From an uncultured Acetobacteraceae bacterium (lineage in GTDB: Bacteria > Pseudomonadota > Alphaproteobacteria > Acetobacterales > Acetobacteraceae), in assembly GCA_964236035.1 (NCBI GenBank), contig CAXSFF010000001.1:1-29617 (forward strand): a stretch of 29,617 nt of DNA, given 5' to 3'. Position 1 is the stretch's first letter, and the number at the start of each line of letters is the position of its first letter. Under the pieces are notes generated by a model, which was not told the origin of the DNA, made no database searches, and was given only the letters and a program-made list of their open reading frames with translations. Both the position numbers and the translations under genes were made by a program. Below, piece after piece: positions 17,264-25,042 of the stretch.

Positions 17264-17856
17264 CCGGCTACTGGGCCACCGTCGCCACCGACGGGACGAT
17301 CACCGCCAGCGGCACCTCCGGCGACGGAGCGGCCTTTGTCCCGACCGGATCGACCGTCGTCACAAAGGAGCAGTTCGACACGATCCAGGCCTCCCCGGGC
17401 CAGTGCCGGCTGATCAACGGCGTGCTGCAGCTCCTGGCGCTGCCGATGCCGACGCCGCCGGATCTCGCATCCTACAAGCTCGCCGCCTCAACCACGATCG
17501 ACGCCGCCGCCGAACAAGCGCGCCTGATCTTCCTGACGCCAGGATCGGGCCAGGCGCTCGAATACTCGGCCACCCAGGCGGACGCGGAAGCAGCCCTGCG
17601 CCAGGACCCCTCCGCGACCCTGAAACCCGAGGACTATCCTTGGCTTTCCGCCGAGCAGGCGGCGCTGCACCAGGTCGGCCAGGACGTGACACTGCTGCAG
17701 GTCGCCCACGGGGTGATCGCGCAGATGACGGCCTGGGACAGCGTGGGAGCGCATATCAAGCTGATCCGCCGCACCGCAAAATTACAGATCGACGCCGCGA
17801 CGAATTTCGCCCAGGTGCAATCAGCAGTTGCCGCGGTGGCCTGGCCGACCGCCTAG
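17260..17856 (+). CDS. Second tail-fibre-associated protein (DUF4376-like chaperone family)
   Basis: Likely TTG start at 17260 (TTGA overlap), not 16942. The motif KLAASTTIDAAAEQAR..LTPGSGQALEY...YPWLSAE...W...I..IRRTAK.QIDAA..WP is typical of genes following phage fibres. Confidence 0.75.
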   Translation: MTGYWATVATDGTITASGTSGDGAAFVPTGSTVVTKEQFDTIQASPGQCRLINGVLQLLALPMPTPPDLASYKLAASTTIDAAAEQARLIFLTPGSGQALEYSATQADAEAALRQDPSATLKPEDYPWLSAEQAALHQVGQDVTLLQVAHGVIAQMTAWDSVGAHIKLIRRTAKLQIDAATNFAQVQSAVAAVAWPTA

Positions 17857-17884
17857 TGGCAGCGGCACGACCCAAGGAGCGCAG

Positions 17885-18523
17885 ATGGCCACGCTGACCC
17901 TTTCGATCGCCACACGGGTGGCACGCTTGGCCGCGATCAACGCCCAGCTCGGCGCCGCGGCAATGATCCGCATCTATGACGGCGCCATCCCCGACAGCCC
18001 CGACGCCGCTCCTTCGGGCACCCTGCTTTCGACGATGACCGGCAACAACCGCGGCTTCGGCACCGTCATCATCGCCGGGGTCAACGCGCTCATCCTCGGC
18101 GCCGGCGGCGCCGGCTACAACAGCGCCCCCATCGTCGCCTTCACCGGCGGCGGCGGCACCGGCGCCGCCGCGACGGCCGTCATCTCCGGCGGCGCCATCG
18201 CCCAGGTCAGCGTCACCAGCCCCGGATCCGGCTACACGGCGCCGCCGACCGTCACCTTGACCGGCGGCGGGTTCACCACGGCCGCCACGCCGCCGATGGC
18301 GCAGCTCGGCCCAGTGCTGGAAGCGGCAGCAATCACCCAGGACAGCGCCGCCGCGGCCAGCGGCACCGCCGGGTGGGCGCGGCTGCTGTCGGCCGCCGGC
18401 GCTCCGGTGGCCGACGTGGACTGCGGCAGCCTCGACGGCGACGCGGCACTGGCGATCACGCCGGCCGACATCACGATCGGCGTGCCGGTGATGTGCGCCT
18501 ACTTCCTGATCGACGAGGCATAG
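17885..18523 (+). CDS. Putative virion structural protein with an inserted GxGY-repeat module
   Basis: AAGGAG SD before the ATG at 17885. The core IRIYDGAIPDSPD..GTLL ... DSAAAASGTAGWARL..VADVDCG is a recurrent phage structural family. The insertion reads GGAGYNSAP..TGAAATAVISGG..VTSPGSGYTAPPTV. Confidence 0.75.
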   Translation: MATLTLSIATRVARLAAINAQLGAAAMIRIYDGAIPDSPDAAPSGTLLSTMTGNNRGFGTVIIAGVNALILGAGGAGYNSAPIVAFTGGGGTGAAATAVISGGAIAQVSVTSPGSGYTAPPTVTLTGGGFTTAATPPMAQLGPVLEAAAITQDSAAAASGTAGWARLLSAAGAPVADVDCGSLDGDAALAITPADITIGVPVMCAYFLIDEA

Positions 18524-19063
18524 ATGGCCTACCTTTCGGCCAACCGGGTGAAGGAAGCCACGGCGGCCATCGGCGCAGGGCCGATGACGCTGGGCGGCGC
18601 CGTGTCGCGCTTCCGCAGCTTTGCCGCAGCCGGGGTCACACCCGGCACGACATTCTCATATGCCATCGACGTGCCGTCCGGCCCCTGGGAGGTCGGCGTC
18701 GGCACCATGGGCACCGACGGCAGGATCAGCCGCGCCCTGGAGGACAGCAGCACCGGCGGGCTGCTGGTGCTGAGCGGCGAGCCAGGGACGACGGTGTCGC
18801 TGGTGACCGCCGCCAGCACCGTCACCCACGTCCTGGCCAACGCTCCGGCCGCGGCGGCCCAGGCCGACCCGAACCAAGTGCTGATCGTGCTGACCAACGG
18901 CACCCATCTCAGCTTCGCGGCGCTGCTGGCCCAGTTCGGCCTCACAGCGGGCGGCACCCTTCCGGTTACCACGATCCCCGTCACCTCGACGTCGCCAACC
19001 CTGGTGGACACCTCCGGCTCCGCGCTCGTGGACAGCTCGGGCCGCCGCCTCATCATTGGATAG
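18524..19063 (+). CDS. Putative fibre/structural protein (RVKE-T family N-terminal anchor domain)
   Basis: NRVKEAT..GAGPMTLGGAVSRFRSF...YAI..WEVGVGT...SR.L.DSS matches a motif common at the N-terminus of phage fibre proteins. The C-terminus is LVDTSGSALVDSSGRRLII. Confidence 0.75.
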   Translation: MAYLSANRVKEATAAIGAGPMTLGGAVSRFRSFAAAGVTPGTTFSYAIDVPSGPWEVGVGTMGTDGRISRALEDSSTGGLLVLSGEPGTTVSLVTAASTVTHVLANAPAAAAQADPNQVLIVLTNGTHLSFAALLAQFGLTAGGTLPVTTIPVTSTSPTLVDTSGSALVDSSGRRLIIG

Positions 19064-19072
19064 GAGCTTCCC

Positions 19073-20779
19073 ATGGCCACTGACATCGTCTTGAGCGGGG
19101 TCCCCGTTCTGGGGGTCATCCCAACCGGCGCAGCCGTGATCATCGACGTCCACGACCCCGCCTTCCCGACCGACCTGACCAAACGCACCTTCGGCAAGCT
19201 GGACCCGGTTCTGTTGACGCCGCGGGTGTCCGCCATGCTGTCCAGCCTGGTCCTGGCGACCCTGGCCGACACGCTCGCGGTCGCCGTGTTCGCTCCCGAC
19301 AACACCGCCTACCAAACGACGCTTGGCGCCCTCAGGGCTTACCTCGGCACCGCCGGCGGTGCCGGAAGCGCGGGCGCGCCGGCGCTGGCGCTCGTGATGC
19401 CGACGAGCGTGCAGCCCGGCACGAGCTACGTCGTCACCGGCAGCTACACGAACGATGGCACCGCGCCGGTGCTGACCGTCAGCGTGGACGCCGGGGCCTT
19501 CGTGGCGCTGCCGGCAGGCTCGACCATGTCGAACGGTGCCGTTTCCTTGTCGATGCCTGGCCTGGCCTCGGGCACGCACACGGTGCAGATCAAAGACGGC
19601 AACGGGGTGCTGAGCAACACCGTCAGCTTCGCCGTGGCCGCGGGCGAGACGTTGACCGTGACCACGCCGGCTGCCCAGACCGCCGGAACCGCGTTCAACG
19701 TCAATGGCGCCTATACCAACGGCCCACCCGGCGGGCTGGACTACAGCTTGGACGGCGGCACGACTTGGGCGACGGTCAGCGGCAACACGCTGACCAGCGC
19801 TTCGGGCAACTACGCCATCATCGGCGTGAATTTCTCCACAGCGGCGTCGGCAGCGACCATCCGGGTGCGCGACCATGCGATGCAGAGTATCGTCGCAGTC
19901 TCCGGAGCCTTCGCGGTCGCAGCGGCCCCTGTGGAAACCCTGTCGGTCAACGCGATCCCGCAGCAGACCGCCGGCACTGCATTCACGGTGACGGGCACCT
20001 TCGCGAATGGCTCCCCAACCCAGCTCGACTACAGCAGCGACGGCGGCACGACATGGACCACCGCAACCGGGGCGACAACCACCACGCCGGCCAACACGTT
20101 CAGCATTCCCAACGTGGTGGTGGCTGCGGCCAGCTCGGCGCAGACCATCAAAGTGCGCGACCGCGCGGCGCAGGGCATCATCGGCACCTCGGCTGCCTTC
20201 GTGGTCGTGGCAGCAGCTGCCTCGGCCCTGTCATCGCCGCTGGTATTTACCGGCGCCGCGGGTGCGCCAACCGGCAAGCTGGCCCTCACGGGTTCCAATA
20301 CCAGCGGCTTTACGCTCGACGGCAGCGGCGGCCTGATCTGCGGAACCGCGGGCAACACCCACGCCCTGCTGGTGACTGCTGGCTACACGCCTGCTGCCTT
20401 ATCCACTACCACCGTCACTCCCAAGACCGCCGGCCCGATGTCTCTGGGCCGTTTCGACGCGGCACGGCAAAACGGCGGCTTCATGTTCTGGGATGGTGGT
20501 GGCAACGTCGAGCTACACGTCGTCACGAACGGCGTGGATGCGACGCTCTCCTACAAGTATGGGTCGATCCTTGGCACAGGGGTCCAGTACTATGCTTGGA
20601 CCGGCTTCGGCATCCGCATCGACGCGAACGGCGGGTGGCACCCGCAGGTCAATGGCTCGGATGTGAGCATCCCGGGCGGCTACCCCGCATGGACCCCGCC
20701 GTCCGTGGCGCAGGGCTACATCGAAGTGGGCAGCGGGTTCCAGTCCGGCACGGTCATCAGCCAGATCACGGTGGGATGA
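19073..20779 (+). CDS. Putative fibre/adhesin-like protein with three Ig-like repeats and a C-terminal lectin-like domain
   Basis: AGGAG SD; 568 aa rich in Thr, Ala and Gly. Repeats read (E)TL.V..P.QTAGTAF.V.G...NG.P..LDYSxDGGTTW...TIxVRD. The C-terminal region is aromatic and beta-rich. Confidence 0.75.
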   Translation: MATDIVLSGVPVLGVIPTGAAVIIDVHDPAFPTDLTKRTFGKLDPVLLTPRVSAMLSSLVLATLADTLAVAVFAPDNTAYQTTLGALRAYLGTAGGAGSAGAPALALVMPTSVQPGTSYVVTGSYTNDGTAPVLTVSVDAGAFVALPAGSTMSNGAVSLSMPGLASGTHTVQIKDGNGVLSNTVSFAVAAGETLTVTTPAAQTAGTAFNVNGAYTNGPPGGLDYSLDGGTTWATVSGNTLTSASGNYAIIGVNFSTAASAATIRVRDHAMQSIVAVSGAFAVAAAPVETLSVNAIPQQTAGTAFTVTGTFANGSPTQLDYSSDGGTTWTTATGATTTTPANTFSIPNVVVAAASSAQTIKVRDRAAQGIIGTSAAFVVVAAAASALSSPLVFTGAAGAPTGKLALTGSNTSGFTLDGSGGLICGTAGNTHALLVTAGYTPAALSTTTVTPKTAGPMSLGRFDAARQNGGFMFWDGGGNVELHVVTNGVDATLSYKYGSILGTGVQYYAWTGFGIRIDANGGWHPQVNGSDVSIPGGYPAWTPPSVAQGYIEVGSGFQSGTVISQITVG

Positions 20780-21099
20780 TGGCGCATAGCCAATTCAGAT
20801 CCCGCTGCGGCGACCTGTTGTTCTACCATAACCGCCTCGCCGAGCCGGGTGACAAGTGCGGCGGCCACACGCATAAGTTCGACCATGTAACCATCGTCAA
20901 GACGGGCCGGGTGCGCGTGGTGGTCAACGGCCCCGGCGCACCTGCGGCGCAGACGTTCGAGCTGGGCGTGGGCGACTATGTGAACGTCCGGGCCGAGGAT
21001 GGGCACGAGGTCACGGCGTTGCTGCCCGACAGTGAGTTCATCTGCATCTGGCATCCAGAGCGCGACCCCTCCGTCCACCGCCTGGAGATGGCACCATGA
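20776..21099 (+). CDS. Cupin-domain protein
   Basis: The real start is 20776 or 20779 (overlapping the upstream stop), not 19765. Motif 1 is GHTHKFDHVTIVKTGRVRV, motif 2 is GDYVNVRAEDGHEVTAL. ATGA overlap with the next gene. Confidence 0.85.
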   Translation: MMAHSQFRSRCGDLLFYHNRLAEPGDKCGGHTHKFDHVTIVKTGRVRVVVNGPGAPAAQTFELGVGDYVNVRAEDGHEVTALLPDSEFICIWHPERDPSVHRLEMAP

Positions 21100-23942
21100 C
21101 CGACCTCGTTGACAAGCTCGGCCGCCAACTCCTGCTGGGCACGGCGGCCTGGGCATTCACCGCGGCCGGCGTGACCGTGACGCCCGCCCCCACGCCCGTG
21201 GCGGCGCCGACCGGCACCATCATGACCTACAACTTCGCCGGCACGCCTCCGAGCCTTCCAACCTTCATCACGGGGGCCGGCAACGGCAGCGCGGTGAACG
21301 GCTCCGGGCAATACGTCCTGCAGCCTGGGAGCGGCATGGCGGCGTTCGGCCCGGCAGCGGTGCAGGGCGAGCTGGTTGTCACCCTGGCAGCGCCGGGTAA
21401 AATCTCGTTCGGCTTCGGCCTGACCGGCACCGGAAGCGGCGCCAACGGCCTGATCCTCTACGACGATTACATGTACCTGCAGGCGGCCAACTTCACCAAC
21501 GGCGCCTATGCCGGCTACCAGACGGACAGCCACAAGGGCTACCCGGTCGGAACGGTCTGGCGCATGGTCCAGAACGGCGCGCAGTTCGCGTTGTTTGTCG
21601 ATGGGGCGCTGTTCTTCGCATCCAGTTGCCCAGCAATAGCCGCCGGCGGCCGGTTCGCCGTGCGCCTCCTGGATGGCGCGACGTCACCCTCCACGATCAC
21701 CTCCGTCGCCTATAACCCGGTGGCGACGCTGCCTACGGTTGTTGGCCTGACGGTCGCGTTCCTGCCGATCTCCACCGCGCTCCTGGCCGGGGTCAAGGTG
21801 TTCCAAGCCTCGTCCACCACGACCACCGGCAACCACGACTTCACCTTGGCCGGACCGGACGCCGGCTTGTTCACCATCGACGTGAACACCGGCGCCGGCG
21901 TCCTGGCTGCCGACCACCCGCCGCTGGGCAGCCGGTCCTTCACCTTGACCGACAGCGACAGCGGCGCGTCCGCGACCGGCACGTTTTCCACCACCGTCGT
22001 GCAGGGCAGCACCCTCGACCCATCCGCGATGCCGGTCATCCTGGCCACGGGCCTGACCAACGGGACCGCCATCGGGGCGCAGGTCGCGTCGTTCTCGCAA
22101 CCGGCCGGCATGACGGGCACGATCAGCTACAGCCTGAAACTCCGCCCGCCAACCATCGAGGGGCCTGGCGCCCGCTATGCCGTCGATGCCGTCGGCCACA
22201 AGGTCACGACTGTTGCGCTTCTGGCTGCCAGCCCGGAGCCGGTGACGCTTGTGGCGACCAACGGCGTGGACGTGTGCCTGGTCCCCTTCACTGTCGGCGC
22301 CGCCGCGGCGGCCGGGTCGGTGTTCGAGGTCGGGCCGGGACGGGCTTACCCTTACTATGCCAACGCGACGAGTGCCGTGTTCGAGGACGCCGTGGGGCCG
22401 GCGACCTATGGCCCTGGCGTCCAGTTCCATGTCCATACCCGGCCTGGCCGGCGCGATTGGTACAGCGAGTTCACCGCGTCCACACAGAGCGGTGTCACCG
22501 ACCGCGGGCATCAGATGGCCTATGGGGGCTATGCCGGCCCATACGGCATCGTCGGCGTGCCGGACGCCGGCACCGGCGCCCTGCCGGTGGTGGGCGGCGA
22601 TGCCGGATACTATGGCAAGGGCGGCGTGCTGCTGACCGGGACCCGCGACGTGAGCCTGTCCAACCTTGAGGCGGAAAACGTCGTGATCGGGCCGAACAAC
22701 GTGGCCGGCGTCCGAGACGACGGGGCGCGGCAGGGCAACACGACCATCTCCAACTACTACGGCCACAACAACCACAACGCCTACCTTGGAAGCATCAAGG
22801 GCCGGCTGACGATGAGCAATATCCTGGCGCTGATGTGCGGCACCGGAAACAGCGGCTTCACGCACAACTGGTATATGGACGCCGAGGAAGCGGCCGGCGC
22901 CAACATCGTGTCCCAGGCGGTCAACGGCGGCCATTGCTGGAAGGACCGCTCGGTCACGGCGACCTATACCGACTGCGTGTTCTCCGAGGGGATCGTCGGC
23001 CGCGGCAGCAGCGCGATGGACATACCGGACGGCGGCGGCCGACGCTTCCTCCGCGTGACCTTCATCAAGGGTCCGATGGCCAACAACGTCGGCCTGGTGC
23101 AGTACGCCCGCGAGCAGCAGCCGAACACGCCGGGCGCACCGAACTATGCCAGGCCCAACCCCGGAGCCGAGTTGTATTTCGAGAACGTCACCTTTGTGAA
23201 CCTGTATCCCGGCAGCTATGGCAACGGCGACGCCATCGCCGTTTGGGCGCAGACCAACCTCGGCGGCGTCCCGGTGGACCCGGCGACCGGGCTGCCGGTC
23301 AAGGTCACCTTCGTCAACTGCTCGCAGTTCGGCTTCAAGCCGAACAAGTTCCTCTGCGTCGGCAACAGCGACAACGGCGGCACCAGCTTTCCGGCGGGCG
23401 TCGCCACGCTGTCCGAGCCGCCGCCCATCGACCTGCGCTCGCCGCTCATCGCGGGAACCCCGGTGCGGGCGCCGATGTGCTGGTGGTCGCCCAATCCGCA
23501 GAGCTACACCGTCAACACCTGCAACTGCAGCAACGGTGTCATGGACCCAGGGGTGCACGAGATACGCTGCGACCCCGCCGCCGCGGTCGGCACGCCGCTG
23601 TGCCAGCTCACGAGCTGGGGCATCCAAGCCGTCGCGTCGAGCGACCCCGCCTACAACCCATGGGGAACCGGCGCGGTGTACAGCGCCTTGGGCGATGCCG
23701 GCTTCATCCCCGCCAACCCTTACTTCGGCGTGACGCCGGGCGGCGTCATCCAGCCCATCGCGTCACGGTCCGGTGCGCCCCCGGTGAGCTTCCTGCATGT
23801 GAAGGTCGTGAGCGCGGACGGCCTGCACACGATGGATGCGGTCTTCCCGATCATCAACAGCGCCACGCCCAGCCGCACCGACAACATCCCCGCCGGGTTC
23901 AGCCCCCGCGTGCTGCCGCTGGGCCAGGAGGCTCTCGCCTGA
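21096..23942 (+). CDS. Multidomain putative tailspike/depolymerase: lectin-like, cadherin-like and right-handed beta-helix domains
   Basis: 948 aa. Cadherin-like segments include FTLAGPDAGLFTIDVNTG and GTAIGAQVASF...SYSL. The beta-helix (~22314-23445) has NVAGVR, THNWY, GHCWKDRS, SSAMDIPDGG and IKGPMANN. A further cadherin-like domain lies at the C-terminus. Confidence 0.75.
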   Translation: MTDLVDKLGRQLLLGTAAWAFTAAGVTVTPAPTPVAAPTGTIMTYNFAGTPPSLPTFITGAGNGSAVNGSGQYVLQPGSGMAAFGPAAVQGELVVTLAAPGKISFGFGLTGTGSGANGLILYDDYMYLQAANFTNGAYAGYQTDSHKGYPVGTVWRMVQNGAQFALFVDGALFFASSCPAIAAGGRFAVRLLDGATSPSTITSVAYNPVATLPTVVGLTVAFLPISTALLAGVKVFQASSTTTTGNHDFTLAGPDAGLFTIDVNTGAGVLAADHPPLGSRSFTLTDSDSGASATGTFSTTVVQGSTLDPSAMPVILATGLTNGTAIGAQVASFSQPAGMTGTISYSLKLRPPTIEGPGARYAVDAVGHKVTTVALLAASPEPVTLVATNGVDVCLVPFTVGAAAAAGSVFEVGPGRAYPYYANATSAVFEDAVGPATYGPGVQFHVHTRPGRRDWYSEFTASTQSGVTDRGHQMAYGGYAGPYGIVGVPDAGTGALPVVGGDAGYYGKGGVLLTGTRDVSLSNLEAENVVIGPNNVAGVRDDGARQGNTTISNYYGHNNHNAYLGSIKGRLTMSNILALMCGTGNSGFTHNWYMDAEEAAGANIVSQAVNGGHCWKDRSVTATYTDCVFSEGIVGRGSSAMDIPDGGGRRFLRVTFIKGPMANNVGLVQYAREQQPNTPGAPNYARPNPGAELYFENVTFVNLYPGSYGNGDAIAVWAQTNLGGVPVDPATGLPVKVTFVNCSQFGFKPNKFLCVGNSDNGGTSFPAGVATLSEPPPIDLRSPLIAGTPVRAPMCWWSPNPQSYTVNTCNCSNGVMDPGVHEIRCDPAAAVGTPLCQLTSWGIQAVASSDPAYNPWGTGAVYSALGDAGFIPANPYFGVTPGGVIQPIASRSGAPPVSFLHVKVVSADGLHTMDAVFPIINSATPSRTDNIPAGFSPRVLPLGQEALA

Positions 23943-23952
23943 TGTGGGGCGA

Positions 23953-23981
23953 AGCCGCCCGCCACCGCATGACGGGCGGCT
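23953..23981. other. GC-rich intergenic hairpin without U-tract
   Basis: AGCCGCCCG (23953-23961) pairs with CGGGCGGCT (23973-23981) around an 11-nt loop. Confidence 0.55.
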
Positions 23982-23986
23982 AGGCC

Positions 23987-24151
23987 ATGCTGGGCGATGG
24001 TCCAGTCGGAGCCGCGCCCACGGGCGCCAGCAGCGCTGCCACCCCAAGCACGGCGGCCGGGCAGGCGACGGCGCCGAAGCCGCGGGCGCATGGGCGCGGC
24101 TACACCATTCCGACCGCCGATCCCGGCCGCACCGTCATCGTCCAGGGCTAG
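23987..24151 (+). CDS. 54-aa phage structural-type mini protein (not in the ORF track)
   Basis: Translation: MLGDGPVGAAPTGASSAATPSTAAGQATAPKPRAHGRGYTIPTADPGRTVIVQG. The MLGxxPxGAAP N-terminus and RTVIV C-terminus are typical of proteins encoded just before KDP..D..DF/W adaptor genes. It fills the gap exactly up to the next gene's SD. Confidence 0.65.
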   Translation: MLGDGPVGAAPTGASSAATPSTAAGQATAPKPRAHGRGYTIPTADPGRTVIVQG

Positions 24152-24160
24152 GGAGCAACC

Positions 24161-24481
24161 ATGGCGATCCCACGGTTCCCCGACCCGAAAGACCCCGAGG
24201 ACATCAGCGACTTCACAGTGGACTTCTCAGAGGCGATGTCGCCCGGCGACGTGATCTCTGCCGTTTCCGACGTCTCGATCAGCCCGTCGAACGCCCTGGC
24301 CGTGACGGACAACGGCGCGCCGGACATCAGCTGCGTCGCCCGGCTGTACTCGGGGCAGGTGGCGACGCTGTGGATCAGCGGCGGCAAGCCCGGCTGGCGC
24401 TACGAGGTGGGCGTGCTGGTCAGCACCGCCGGCGGCCGCACGCTGCGGCGGCGCGCCTTGCTGTTCGTGGTGCCGCTGTAA
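24161..24481 (+). CDS. Putative fibre-attachment/adaptor protein (KDPxxxxD(Y/F)xxD(W/F) family)
   Basis: GGAG SD. Motifs are KDPEDISDFTVDFS, GDVISA, LWISGGKPGWRYEV and STAGGRTLRR. Confidence 0.8.
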   Translation: MAIPRFPDPKDPEDISDFTVDFSEAMSPGDVISAVSDVSISPSNALAVTDNGAPDISCVARLYSGQVATLWISGGKPGWRYEVGVLVSTAGGRTLRRRALLFVVPL

Positions 24482-24513
24482 CGGGAAAAATCCGCCGGAA
24501 GCGGCATTTTCCG
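24482..24513 (+). terminator. Candidate intrinsic (possibly bidirectional) terminator after the structural cluster
   Basis: The CCGC-CGGAA-GCGG core is flanked by GGAAAAAT and CATTTTCC, directly after the 24481 stop. Confidence 0.5.
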
Positions 24514-24614
24514 CTTGCCACGCCTGCGGCCTGATCGACGGCGCAACCAAACGGATTTGTTTGTGTCGCCATGTGTGCTGCTCCTCCCTTCCCATCGCGC
24601 TCGGACGTTTCGCC

Positions 24615-25034
24615 ATGATCCGGTGGGAACGGCAGCCGCGGCATGAGCCGATCGGCGAGCGGCTGAGCGGCCTTGAAGCCGGCGTGACGGAGCTGCGGGC
24701 GGGCCAGGTCAACATCGTCGGCCGCCTCGACGGGCTGCAGGCCCGCGACGGCGAGATCGAGGGCAAGCTGTCCATGGCGCTCGACCGCTTCACCGTGGAG
24801 CTTGGCAAGCAGTATTCCGACATCCAGGAACACAACAAGACGCAGATCGAGATGTTCCGGGCGACCCTGGTCGAAACCCAGTTCCGGCGCGCTTGGATCG
24901 TGATGCGCGGCCGCGGCATGAAGTGGGGCGAGCGGGCGGCCTGGATCGGCCTCGCCGCCCTGGGCAAGGTGACCTGGACCCACGTCGGCACCCTGCGCGG
25001 GTGGGACCAGCTCTGGTGGTGGCCAAATTGGTAG
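24615..25034 (+). CDS. Coiled-coil protein with C-terminal hydrophobic segment (holin/XhlA-like lysis accessory)
   Basis: Likely start is the ATG at 24615. Heptad-like ERLSGLEAGVTELRAGQ..RLDGL is followed by the hydrophobic AAWIGLAALGKVTW. It is the first gene of the lysis region. Confidence 0.6.
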   Translation: MIRWERQPRHEPIGERLSGLEAGVTELRAGQVNIVGRLDGLQARDGEIEGKLSMALDRFTVELGKQYSDIQEHNKTQIEMFRATLVETQFRRAWIVMRGRGMKWGERAAWIGLAALGKVTWTHVGTLRGWDQLWWWPNW

Positions 25035-25042
25035 GCACGATC

